From the sequence record SRR22947725_3373: 33,905 nt of DNA; one strand, written 5' to 3'. The position numbers were made by a program, and so were the translations under genes. Below the pieces are notes generated by a model that had not been told where the DNA came from, made no database searches, and worked only from the letters and a program-made list of their open reading frames with translations. Shown here piece by piece: positions 17,816-27,327 of this stretch. The stretch's first letter is position 1; each line of letters begins with the position of its first letter.

Positions 17816-18663
17816 TTCGGTATATCGAGCGAACCAAAGCCTATTATCGGGCGCAAGGGTTTGACAAGGACTACCAATGGGCCACGAATACGCAGACGCC
17901 GTTCAGCAAACCCGCGAGGCCACTCAAATCTGCACGGATCACGCTTGTGACCACCGCTGTCGTTGAGCCCAGCATTCCCAAACCGATCCGGGCCGCTAAA
18001 AGCTATCGATTTTCTGACGTGCCTGCGCATTTCGACACCACTGAAGTGTCCTGGGACAAGATCACAACCCATACCAACGACCGAGAATCCTACTTTCCGC
18101 TACACGCGCTCAACAAACGGGTTGCCGCGGGCGACATCGGCTCCCTCGCGCCAAGATTTCATTTTATCCCGACCGAATATAGCCAGCGTCATACCCGCGA
18201 TCAGGATGCCCCGCTGATTGCCCAGCACTGCCTCGAGGATGCCGTTGATCTCGCGATCCTGATTCCGTTGTGACCGGTTTGCCATCAAACCGTCAGTTTG
18301 GCGGCCAGAGCACTAGAGTCCGCGGGGATTGCAACCGTTGTGATTGGCTCCGCGTTAGATATTTTGCAACAGGCTGGGACGCCCCGCATCGTCTTTAACG
18401 ACTTACCTTTGGGGAACCCTGTTGGCAAACCGTTTGATCGAGCAATGCAAAATCAAACTCTCGAGGCCGCCCTCGAACTGCTTTATCAGGCTCAAAATCC
18501 TGGCGTCGTTCAACAATTGCCGAACCAGTGGTCAGCGTCCGAGGACTGGCGAGACAATTTTATGGCCATCACAGCCTTTAATAAAGAACAGCTCTTATCC
18601 CTCGGTGACGAAAACCGGCGCCAGCGCCAACGCAATCGAGAACAGGGCTTGTTCCGGCCTTAA
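17812..18663 (+). CDS. PrdB/GrdB (reductase selenoprotein B)-family protein with selenocysteine at TGA 18271-18273 (283 aa, Sec at residue 154)
   Basis: ORFs 17776..18273 and 18298..18663 share a frame. Read-through gives DLAILIPL-U-PVCHQTVSLAARALESAGIATV...GTPRIV...PLGNPVGKP, matching the UxxCH active-site region of selenoprotein B as I recall it. ATG overlaps the tesB stop (ATGA). Confidence 0.85.
18281..18305 (+). promoter_or_regulatory. candidate bacterial SECIS element
   Basis: GCCATCAAAC-CGTCA-GTTTGGCGGC: 9 of 10 pairs, 5-nt apical loop with G at position 2, 17 nt between the UGA and the loop. Confidence 0.6.
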
Positions 18664-20027
18664 TCATTCTCAACCGCACGATTTTGCATGAGCGACCGCA
18701 AGGCAATAACCGTTCCGAGTACGCCCGAAATGACGGCTGGCCGAGGTTCGATCTGAAAAAGCGGCGAATGATGCGATGGCAGAGACTGGCCCTTTGCTTC
18801 AAAAGCTGCAAAACGCGCTTGGGATGTGCCGCCTACCGAGAAATAAACACTGGGTATACCAGGATCCTGGGTGAAAAACGGGAAATCTTCGCCGCCCATA
18901 CCCTCTCGCTCATAGACAGCAATGATGTCCTCACCCAGCTCGTCCGCCCAAGCCTTGAGTACCTGACTCGCCAAATCGGCATTATTTTCAGTAACCGGTA
19001 CGCCCCCTTTCATTTCAAGATAAGGCAACTGACTTTCTGGCAATCCACCCGCGCGCCCGATATTCACCGCGATGCGTTCAATCGCTGCGAGCAATAGGGT
19101 TCTGGTTTGCCCGGAATCTGACCGAACGGTTAACTCTAACCGCGCCTCTTCTCCGATGACATTGCGTTTGTTGCCGGCGCGAAAAACCCCAACGGTCACA
19201 ACTGCCGGCTCTCGTGGCGAGACCTCCCGCGCCACAATGGTTTGCAGCGCCAACACGATCTGCGCGCCGATGACGATCGGATCACGACCGCGATGCGGGC
19301 TCGCACCATGAGCCCCAATCCCCGGGACAACGATGTCCAAAGAATCGACCGCCGAATAAGCGGCGCCTCGGGATGCAAACAACTTGCCGGCCTCAATGTC
19401 CGCGGCAACATGAAACCCCAGCGCAAAGTCTGGCGTTCCAAAGCGCTGCCAAATGCCCGCGGCGCGCATGGCTGCAGCACCAGAATCCTTCCACTCCTCC
19501 GCCGGTTGCGCGATCAACATTAACGTGCCGGACCAGGTCTCTTTGTGCGCCGCCATTATCTGCGCTGTACCGATCAAGGAGGTGATATGAACATCGTGTC
19601 CGCAGGCATGCATGACAGGGAAACGCTGACCCTCTAAATTTTCCTGCACAACTTGCGACGCATAGGGTAAACCGCTGCGCTCTTTGACGGGCAAGGCGTC
19701 CATATCCGCCCGCATCATGACCAAGGGTCCAGCGCCATTGTGAAGCAGCGCAACAACTCCCGTCCTGGCAATGCCAGAATGCACCTCATAACCCAACGCG
19801 CTGAGTTCCTGAGCCATCCTTGCCGCCGTCTTAACCTCAACGAAAGACAGTTCCGGGTTGGCGTGAAAGTGTTTAAACAGCTGATCGAGGGATTGATCAT
19901 ACAAGGCTGCCACCTCCTGCTGCAGCGGGTCCTGCGCCGCCAAAGCAACACTGGGCACAGCCCAAAAACAGAAGCTCATAAACAACATGCGAAGGACTGA
20001 GTTCATCCAGTGGGCCATGATCTTCAT
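18660..20027 (-). CDS. M20D-family amidohydrolase/carboxypeptidase with signal peptide
   Basis: HANPELS, RADMDALP, MHACGHD, QPAEE, GAHGASP, GGEDF, HHSP; SD GAGG. Confidence 0.92.
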   Translation of the reverse strand: MKIMAHWMNSVLRMLFMSFCFWAVPSVALAAQDPLQQEVAALYDQSLDQLFKHFHANPELSFVEVKTAARMAQELSALGYEVHSGIARTGVVALLHNGAGPLVMMRADMDALPVKERSGLPYASQVVQENLEGQRFPVMHACGHDVHITSLIGTAQIMAAHKETWSGTLMLIAQPAEEWKDSGAAAMRAAGIWQRFGTPDFALGFHVAADIEAGKLFASRGAAYSAVDSLDIVVPGIGAHGASPHRGRDPIVIGAQIVLALQTIVAREVSPREPAVVTVGVFRAGNKRNVIGEEARLELTVRSDSGQTRTLLLAAIERIAVNIGRAGGLPESQLPYLEMKGGVPVTENNADLASQVLKAWADELGEDIIAVYEREGMGGEDFPFFTQDPGIPSVYFSVGGTSQARFAAFEAKGQSLPSHHSPLFQIEPRPAVISGVLGTVIALRSLMQNRAVEND

Positions 20028-20154
20028 TTGTTATGCCTCGTTAATTGCTGTTCGTTCCTTACCGCTTATCCTCGCACCCCGGTTTGAGCCGGTCGACACC
20101 CAATTTGGGGTCAAGCAACTTTACCAGCGCCGAGCGCTTGATTTGGCGCCAATC

Positions 20155-21402
20155 CTATTTAAGATTTAACAGTTCGACGTATCGCTTAGCCAAGGCATCC
20201 TGGCGTGTTTCAAGGTCAACCCGCGCGCCATCAATCAAAACCGCCACAGGCGCCGAGGTCACCTCAAGTGGATCACCATTCCAAATAACCAAATCAGCAA
20301 TAGCGCCTACCTCGATTCGACCAAGGCCTTTAAGTCCCCAGATTTCGGCAGGCGCGGCGGTGATCGCCGTGATCGCCTGCTGCCAGGACAAACCCTGAGC
20401 CACAGCAATCCCTGCCGCCTGACTCAATGAGCGGGTTTCCGAGTAAGGCGAGCCCGAGAAAAAGGCAAAGCGCACCCCCGCTTCCGCCAATAACGTCGCT
20501 TGATCCAGCCGAGCTCCCAATCGATCAAAATTTTGCGGCAGGTTCTCCATAACATTAATCAAAACCGGAATGTTTTCTGCCTTTAAAAGCGGCGCCACTT
20601 TCCAAGCTTCCGTCGCGCTCGCCAAAACCAGGCGCAGCGCCGGGTACGAACCAAAGGCCGTCACCACCTTAATGATGTCGGCCGCGCGATCAACCTGCAC
20701 CACCAGCGGTACCTTGCCGCGCCGCACCGCCGACAACGCGACAAGATCCGATTCATCTAGGTTAAAAGACCGATTCTTGTTGGTATTGAAAGCCCGCGGC
20801 TGTTGATCATATCGCGCAGACTCCTCAAGCGCCTCGAGCGCCGCAGCAAGCGCACTGGACCGAGATCCCCCCGCTCGCCGCCGATCGCCCTCACGCAAAT
20901 ACAAATGCTGCGCCACCGTTTGCTGCTGCAAAAACGCAGCACCACGCGTAAATCGGACCAACGCGCTCTGACCAGCATAATTGCTATCCCCCGCCTCCGG
21001 CACAATCAGACCGCGCGTGATGCCATCGTTACTGGCGTTGGGGATGAGGCTTGAGTCTTCGTTTAAGGCCAAATAAACCTGAAAGCCCGCCGTCATATCA
21101 TCATCCACCTGCTCGCCGTCACGGCTTATGCCAAGGCCACTGACTTCGGCAAGACCGATGGTCGTGCCTGAATCAATAAAACCGGCTGTCACCGGCTGAT
21201 TTTCACCATCGAGAAAGGTGGCACCCGGGCTTGGCGCTAGGTCAGCGCCGATCTCCGTAATAATGCCATCTTCAACCCGAAGATCGACGATAACGCCAGA
21301 TTCGAAGCTGGTTGTAAGCAGCCTTACGTTCTGAATCAGCAATTCATTCGCTGACAGGTTAGACATAACCAACATCGTAGTAACCAGGAGTAATCGTTTC
21401 AT
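20155..21402 (-). CDS. amidohydrolase-family protein, exported, lacking HxH
   Basis: AGFIDSGT replaces the usual PGxIDxHxH; GRIEVGAIADLVIWNGDPLE C-terminus; start overlaps the upstream stop (TGATG). Confidence 0.85.
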   Translation of the reverse strand: MKRLLLVTTMLVMSNLSANELLIQNVRLLTTSFESGVIVDLRVEDGIITEIGADLAPSPGATFLDGENQPVTAGFIDSGTTIGLAEVSGLGISRDGEQVDDDMTAGFQVYLALNEDSSLIPNASNDGITRGLIVPEAGDSNYAGQSALVRFTRGAAFLQQQTVAQHLYLREGDRRRAGGSRSSALAAALEALEESARYDQQPRAFNTNKNRSFNLDESDLVALSAVRRGKVPLVVQVDRAADIIKVVTAFGSYPALRLVLASATEAWKVAPLLKAENIPVLINVMENLPQNFDRLGARLDQATLLAEAGVRFAFFSGSPYSETRSLSQAAGIAVAQGLSWQQAITAITAAPAEIWGLKGLGRIEVGAIADLVIWNGDPLEVTSAPVAVLIDGARVDLETRQDALAKRYVELLNLK

Positions 21403-22790
21403 CAAAACACCTCTTCGCGTTGACCCAGTTCAAAGTCGGTCACCGGACTCAGTCCAGCGGCTCGATCAAGGCGGCGAACGCCATCAATGAACACTGTTTC
21501 GGCGCGTGCATAAACACTCATCGGCGGATGGCTCCAGAGCACCATATCCGCCATTTTACCGACTGCTAGGGTCCCAGTTTGATCGGCAACGCCAAGCGCT
21601 TGTGCCGCATTTCTTGTAATCCAGGTCAGCGCGACCGAGGCATCAACACGCAGACCCAACCGTTGCCCGGCAGCCATCGCCTTTGCGGCCTCTTGATTCA
21701 AGCGTTGTATGCCTGTTGCCGAATCCGAATGAACAATGGCGCAAGCGCCAGCTGCTTGAACCATCGCGACGTTCTCTTTGATGCCATCAAAGGACTCCAG
21801 TTTAAACTGCCACCAATCCGCCCACATTGCCGAGCAAATGTTATTCGCAGCCAAGAGATCGCCAATTTTGTAAGCCTCGACCGCATGGTGAAATGCGGTC
21901 ACTTGGTAACCGAACTCGTGGCTCAAATCAATAATCTGGGCCATCTCATCTGCTCGATAACAGTGGTTATGAACTAGAATTTCGCCCTTTAACACGCCAA
22001 CCAAGGTTTCCATCTGCAAGTTGCGCTTAGGGGGCGAGGGCGGCTCCTTGTAATCTGATTCGCCCTCGTTGCTGGTACGCCAAAGTTCGTACTCACCCAA
22101 CGCTTTTTCAAAGCGTACCCATTTTTTTTGATATTCTTGAGCATCGATCCAGGCCTTTCGATAACCTGCAAAGTTGCCCATACGTGTTGAAGGGGACTGG
22201 GAGCGACCGCCATAAACCCGTTTTGGGTTTTCGCCGCACGCCATTTTCAAACCGTAGGGTGCGCCTGGGAACTTCATACCTTGGACCGTCCGCGACCAAA
22301 TGTTTTTCAAAACGACGCTGCGCCCACCAAACAGATTCGCGGAACCCGGCAGCACTTGCAGGGTTGTGACGCCCCCAGCAAGGGCAAGCGGAAACTGTGG
22401 GTCTTGAGGCCAAACACTGTGCTCAGCCCAAACTTCAGCCGTCACGGGTGACGTGGCTTCGTTGCCATCACTGTGCGCCCGATATCCGGGCGACGGATAG
22501 TCCCCTAAATGACTATGGACATCGATCACGCCGGGCGTCAGCCAGCGGCCGCCCGCATTGATTTCGAGTGCATCACCGGGTGTTGGTTCGTCCATCCTGC
22601 CAATGGCCGCAATCTTGCCATCGGCCACCGATACCCAGCCGTTGAACTCGCCCTGCCCTTCGCCAATGTCAACGATTGCATGGGTCAGCACGAAAGCTGC
22701 ATGGGGTGGCGGTTCATAGGTCGACGGATAATCAGCGCAAACTGCCCAACTCAATGCAACGCCTACAATCAATAGCCAAAGTTTTGTCAT
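21402..22790 (-). CDS. amidohydrolase-family protein, exported
   Basis: PGVIDVHSH, LKMACGENPK, HNHCYRADE, FHHAVE, HSDS, GKMADMVLW; signal peptide. Confidence 0.92.
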   Translation of the reverse strand: MTKLWLLIVGVALSWAVCADYPSTYEPPPHAAFVLTHAIVDIGEGQGEFNGWVSVADGKIAAIGRMDEPTPGDALEINAGGRWLTPGVIDVHSHLGDYPSPGYRAHSDGNEATSPVTAEVWAEHSVWPQDPQFPLALAGGVTTLQVLPGSANLFGGRSVVLKNIWSRTVQGMKFPGAPYGLKMACGENPKRVYGGRSQSPSTRMGNFAGYRKAWIDAQEYQKKWVRFEKALGEYELWRTSNEGESDYKEPPSPPKRNLQMETLVGVLKGEILVHNHCYRADEMAQIIDLSHEFGYQVTAFHHAVEAYKIGDLLAANNICSAMWADWWQFKLESFDGIKENVAMVQAAGACAIVHSDSATGIQRLNQEAAKAMAAGQRLGLRVDASVALTWITRNAAQALGVADQTGTLAVGKMADMVLWSHPPMSVYARAETVFIDGVRRLDRAAGLSPVTDFELGQREEVF

Positions 22791-23231
22791 GATCCCCTCA
22801 TAAATTTACCCCTTGTCCGAAAAATAACAGCTTAGAGTGCAAATCACGAGCAAGGGCTCACTGACACTAACCGAATTAACCCAGTCCCATTTTTGGGAAA
22901 GTGCTCAGCAAACGCACCCACGGTCTCGCGCCACACGATAGGCTGCGCCGCCATTCGCTAAGATAATCTCAGCTGCACGGCGCGAGAAAATGCAAAGCTC
23001 GGCTTACGCGCTTGACTCGTTAGGCCTAAGCAGACGCTGTTCCGGATCACAAGTTCGCCTTGAGCGCGTCATCTATCATTCAACATGATCCATAGGGATC
23101 GCCATGAATGATAGTCTGACTCTGTCTGTACAAGTTATCGTGGTCTTTCCATAATGCCTGACGCATTATTAGCCCGCGCCGTGCAACCACTGCCTGTCGC
23201 ATTACCTAATCTATTCAAAAGGGGATCACCG

Positions 23232-24182
23232 TTGACCTTAGACCGCGACGAGCACCTAGCGACCATTGAGGCCATCCACTCCGGCCTAGCAGGGTTAAAC
23301 TATATATCCAATGAACAGATCGCGACCGCGGTTTTCCTGGCCTATCACTTAGACAAGCCAGTACTCATTGAAGGCCCTCCCGGCGTTGGTAAGACGGAGC
23401 TGGCGAAATCCGTGGCCGATATGCTCGGCATCAGTTGTATTCGATTGCAATGTTACGAGGGCCTAGACGAATCAAAGGCCATCTATGAGTGGAAATACGG
23501 CAAGCAGTTGCTTTATACCCAAGTCCTCAAGGAAACCCTGGGCGAGATTTTAGACGGCGCAAAAGGCCTGACAGAGTCGGTGGCGAAACTTCATGAATTC
23601 GGCGATGTCTTCTTTTCAGAGGAGTTTTTAGAACCAAGACCGTTGATGAAAGCTTTAAAAGAAGAAGCGGGCTGCGTTTTATTAATTGATGAGGTCGACA
23701 AGAGTGATCATGAATTTGAATCCCTGCTCTTAGAGATGCTGTCCGACTACCAACTCTCAATTCCCGAAATTGGCACGATTAAAGCAAACCCCGATCGCAA
23801 GCCCTTGGTTTTCTTAACCAGCAATAATACCCGTGAGATCAGCGATGCCTTAAAGCGGCGCTGCTTACACCTTTATATCCCGTTTCCAGACGCCGACCTT
23901 GAAAGCCAGATCGTTCAAGCCCGCGTGCCAGAGGTTCCAGCGGAACTCAGGCGACAACTGGTTACCTTTATTCAAGCGTTGCGTGAAATGGACCTTAAAA
24001 AAGTGCCTGCCATCAGCGAGACCATCGACTGGGCAAAGGCGTTAATTCTGCTGCATACAGAATCCCTCGATGCGGACTTGGTCAAGCAAACCCTGAACGT
24101 CATCTTGAAGTTTCAAGAGGACATTGAATCCGTGACCGGCGAGGTGCAAATGTTGACGAACAAGGCACTTAAGGGCAGTTAA
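23232..24182 (+). CDS. MoxR-family AAA+ ATPase (CoxD-like)
   Basis: GPPGVGKT, RLQCYEGLD, YEWKY, LLIDEVDK, LTSN, DALKRRC. Probable TTG start at 23232 after AAGGGGA; the track uses 23154. Confidence 0.9.
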   Translation: MTLDRDEHLATIEAIHSGLAGLNYISNEQIATAVFLAYHLDKPVLIEGPPGVGKTELAKSVADMLGISCIRLQCYEGLDESKAIYEWKYGKQLLYTQVLKETLGEILDGAKGLTESVAKLHEFGDVFFSEEFLEPRPLMKALKEEAGCVLLIDEVDKSDHEFESLLLEMLSDYQLSIPEIGTIKANPDRKPLVFLTSNNTREISDALKRRCLHLYIPFPDADLESQIVQARVPEVPAELRRQLVTFIQALREMDLKKVPAISETIDWAKALILLHTESLDADLVKQTLNVILKFQEDIESVTGEVQMLTNKALKGS

Positions 24183-25642
24183 TGGAGAAAACAATCGTCG
24201 ATTTTGTGAAGGTTCTGCGGACGGCCGAGGTTAAGGTTTCTCCGGCTGAGACCCTCGATGTCATGGCCGCCATTGAGTTTGTCGGCTACGAAGATCGTGC
24301 GTTGTTTAAAAACACCCTGTCGATGTTGTTGGCCAAGAACCCTGAAGAAAAAGAAACGTTTGAAACCTGTTTTGAAAAGTTCTTCACCTTTGATGATGTT
24401 ATGCAGGCCCCAGTCGCTGGCGGCAGTCCGGATGAGGCAGAGGATAGCGATGCCTTTGAGGATGAAAATTCCGACAACAATCCCCAAGGGCAACCTGGCG
24501 GCAAAGGATCAGGCCAAGGCTCAGGCAACCCCTCTGAGGCCGAGGATGCGGAAAGCGGCAATGAAGACACGCCCCCACCCACCTCAGCCCTGGGTCAACT
24601 GCTATTGCAAGGCACCCGCAGCGACTTAATGGTTGCGATGGCCGAAGCCGGCCGGGCAGTTGAAGTCAACCAAATCGTTGTGTTCACCCAAAAAGGGCTC
24701 TATACCCGAAAGATCATGGACCAAATGGGCCTGAAGGCCCTGCAAGAGGAGATTACCGAGCGCCAAGAGGCCGCTGATCGCGGCGAGCAGCGCTTGGCCG
24801 GGAAATTAAAACGCGCGCGGGATCAGCTTCGAGACCAGGTCCGCGATTATGTCGAGAAGCAATTCTTTCTTCATGCAGACGAACATGGCAAGCAGCTGCG
24901 AGAAGAGCTGCTCAAGAAGGTCAAACTCAGTAACCTTGAGAAACGCAATCATAAGGACGTACAAGAAATTGTCTTTAAGATGGCCAAAAAATTGGTATCC
25001 ATTCATTCAAAACGGCGCAAAACGCACAAACGAGGCCAACTCGATATTCGAAAAACGCTTCGGCATAACATGCAATACGATGGCGTGTTTTTCGATCTAA
25101 AGTGGAAATCAGTAAAAGTTGATCGGCCTAAAGTCATGTGCATCTGCGACGTCAGCGGCTCAGTCAGCAATTACTCTCGATTTTTGCTGATGTTTTTGTA
25201 CAGCCTTGCGGAAATCATCCCAAAAGTGCGCAGCTTTGCCTTTTCGTCTGATCTGGGCGAAGTGACCCGACTGTTCCAGAGCAGCAACCTTGAAGATGCT
25301 ATGGCAAAGACGATGCGTGATTATGGCAATGGCTCGACCGACTACGGCCAAATGCTCGAGGATTTCAAGCGCAACTGTATGGATGATGTGGACAACAAAA
25401 CCACCATTATCGTTTTAGGGGATGCCCGCAACAATCACGGCGATCCAAAGGCTGAAATTCTCCGAGAAATGTACGAGAAATCCAAACGGGTTATCTGGCT
25501 CAATCCTGAGCCGCGATCAAACTGGCTCGTGGGCGATGCTGAGATGAAAAAGTACGGCCCCAATTGCCACCAAACCGAAGTGTGTAACTCGCTCACCCAC
25601 TTAGAGCGCGTTGTTTCCAATCTGTTAAAATACGCGGCCTAA
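24182..25642 (+). CDS. VWA-domain CoxE-like protein
   Basis: MIDAS DVSGS, GSTDYG, LGDARNN, WLNPE; acidic/Gly-rich linker; start overlaps the ATPase stop (TAATG). Confidence 0.9.
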   Translation: MEKTIVDFVKVLRTAEVKVSPAETLDVMAAIEFVGYEDRALFKNTLSMLLAKNPEEKETFETCFEKFFTFDDVMQAPVAGGSPDEAEDSDAFEDENSDNNPQGQPGGKGSGQGSGNPSEAEDAESGNEDTPPPTSALGQLLLQGTRSDLMVAMAEAGRAVEVNQIVVFTQKGLYTRKIMDQMGLKALQEEITERQEAADRGEQRLAGKLKRARDQLRDQVRDYVEKQFFLHADEHGKQLREELLKKVKLSNLEKRNHKDVQEIVFKMAKKLVSIHSKRRKTHKRGQLDIRKTLRHNMQYDGVFFDLKWKSVKVDRPKVMCICDVSGSVSNYSRFLLMFLYSLAEIIPKVRSFAFSSDLGEVTRLFQSSNLEDAMAKTMRDYGNGSTDYGQMLEDFKRNCMDDVDNKTTIIVLGDARNNHGDPKAEILREMYEKSKRVIWLNPEPRSNWLVGDAEMKKYGPNCHQTEVCNSLTHLERVVSNLLKYAA

Positions 25643-25723
25643 ACCGCTTAGGTCGTCTCAGGTATTCGGACAAATCAGTGGCCCATGCTAGACTTCGATT
25701 TCCGTGACCTCGAATCAATCACC

Positions 25724-27322
25724 ATGCCAAAATTTTTTATTCTGACACTGTTCCTCTTCGCTTTTTCAAATCCTATCCTGGCGCAATCAGTCGATGCCGC
25801 GGCTCAAACGGTCAAAATTGCCTTGGCCCAAGAGCCACCACAACTGAACAACATGACCGCAACCGATCAGGTGTCCATTTTTGTGTTGGGACATGTTATG
25901 GAAGGTTTAACGCGATATGACCGTCGCGGCAACTTGGCGCCGGGCGTTGCGGAGCGGTGGGCGTTAACGGAAGATTCCGCCACATTTTGGTTAAGAAAAG
26001 ATGCCAAGTGGAGCAATGGCGACCCGGTAACAGCACACGACTTTGTGTTTGCCTGGCGCAACGTGGTCGACCCTAAAACGGCCTCCCAATACGCTTTTAT
26101 CCTCTACCCCGTAAAAAACGCCGAGGCCATTAATCAAGGCAACAAGCCTCTAACCGATCTTGGCATCGAAGCCATCGATGACTTTACGCTCCAAATTACC
26201 TTGGAGCGCCCAACCGGTTACTTCCTCAAATTAACCGCCTTCGTGACGACCTTCCCTGTTCAGGAAAAATTCTACCGCGCCACCGGCAGCGCCTATGCCG
26301 CCGACAGCAAAGACATTCTGTATAACGGCGCCTTCAGAATTTCGGACTGGGTCCACAGTGCTTCACTGAAAATGGAAAAGAACCCGAACTATTGGAATAG
26401 CGAGGCCATTTCCTTAGAGGTCATTGACGCTGAATACATTACTGCCGATACGCGAGCACGCCTCAATCTATTTATTGACGACAAGATTGCCTATACCCAA
26501 CTCGATGGCGAGACCTACAAAGATGCCTTAAACAATCAATTTAGAATTAAGAAATTCGTAACCGGCAGCGTCTACTTTTTAGAGTACAACTACCGGCCAG
26601 AACGCATTACCCACAATAAAAAGCTCCGCCAAGCCATCCAAGCCGTATTCGATGCTGACGAGTTCGTGAATAAGGTTCTGCAAACGCCGGGCAATTTACC
26701 GGGGGCCAGCTTATTCCCAAGTTGGATTATGGGCGTGAACAAACCCTTCCGACAAGAATATCCAGCGGTCGTCACTCGACCGGATTTGGCTAAAGCAAAG
26801 CAATTACTCCAAGAGGCAAAAGCCGAGCTTGGTTTAGAGGCGATTCCACCCTTAATCTTGCTCGTCAGCGACAGCCCAACCGCGACCAAACAAGCGGAAT
26901 ACATGCAAGGCATGCTGAAGACCAAGCTTGATCTTGATCTTAAAATTGATGTTCAAACGTTTAAGCAACGATTGGCTAAAATGACCAACGGCGACTTTGA
27001 CATCGTTGGCGCGGGCTGGGGTCCGGATTTTGACGACATCATGACCTTTGGCGATTTGTTCGCCTCTTGGAATTTGAACAATCGGGGTCGCTACAACAAT
27101 CCGGAGTATGACCGCTTGGTTCGAAAAGCGATGAACAGTAATGATCCTGAAGTTAGAATGGCGGCTATGGCAGGCCTTCAAACCATTGTGCATGAAGATG
27201 CCATTATCCTCCCCATGTATGAGCAGGGCGTGATTTATCTACAGCATCCTAAAATCAAGGGCATGCGACGCACCGTCGTTGGCTCTGATCCTGACTTCAC
27301 TTACGCCCGCATTGTGCCCTGA
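25724..27322 (+). CDS. oppA: oligopeptide ABC transporter substrate-binding protein
   Basis: Signal peptide; EGLTRYD, AKWSNGDPVTAHDFVFAW, KNPNYWN, GWGPDF. Confidence 0.9.
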   Translation: MPKFFILTLFLFAFSNPILAQSVDAAAQTVKIALAQEPPQLNNMTATDQVSIFVLGHVMEGLTRYDRRGNLAPGVAERWALTEDSATFWLRKDAKWSNGDPVTAHDFVFAWRNVVDPKTASQYAFILYPVKNAEAINQGNKPLTDLGIEAIDDFTLQITLERPTGYFLKLTAFVTTFPVQEKFYRATGSAYAADSKDILYNGAFRISDWVHSASLKMEKNPNYWNSEAISLEVIDAEYITADTRARLNLFIDDKIAYTQLDGETYKDALNNQFRIKKFVTGSVYFLEYNYRPERITHNKKLRQAIQAVFDADEFVNKVLQTPGNLPGASLFPSWIMGVNKPFRQEYPAVVTRPDLAKAKQLLQEAKAELGLEAIPPLILLVSDSPTATKQAEYMQGMLKTKLDLDLKIDVQTFKQRLAKMTNGDFDIVGAGWGPDFDDIMTFGDLFASWNLNNRGRYNNPEYDRLVRKAMNSNDPEVRMAAMAGLQTIVHEDAIILPMYEQGVIYLQHPKIKGMRRTVVGSDPDFTYARIVP

Positions 27323-27327
27323 CCCCA

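Noticed and set aside
17776-18663. Two separate hypothetical genes or a nonsense pseudogene
   Set aside because: The single stop is TGA, falls exactly at the UxxC catalytic position, and is followed by a SECIS-like hairpin; both halves are otherwise intact.
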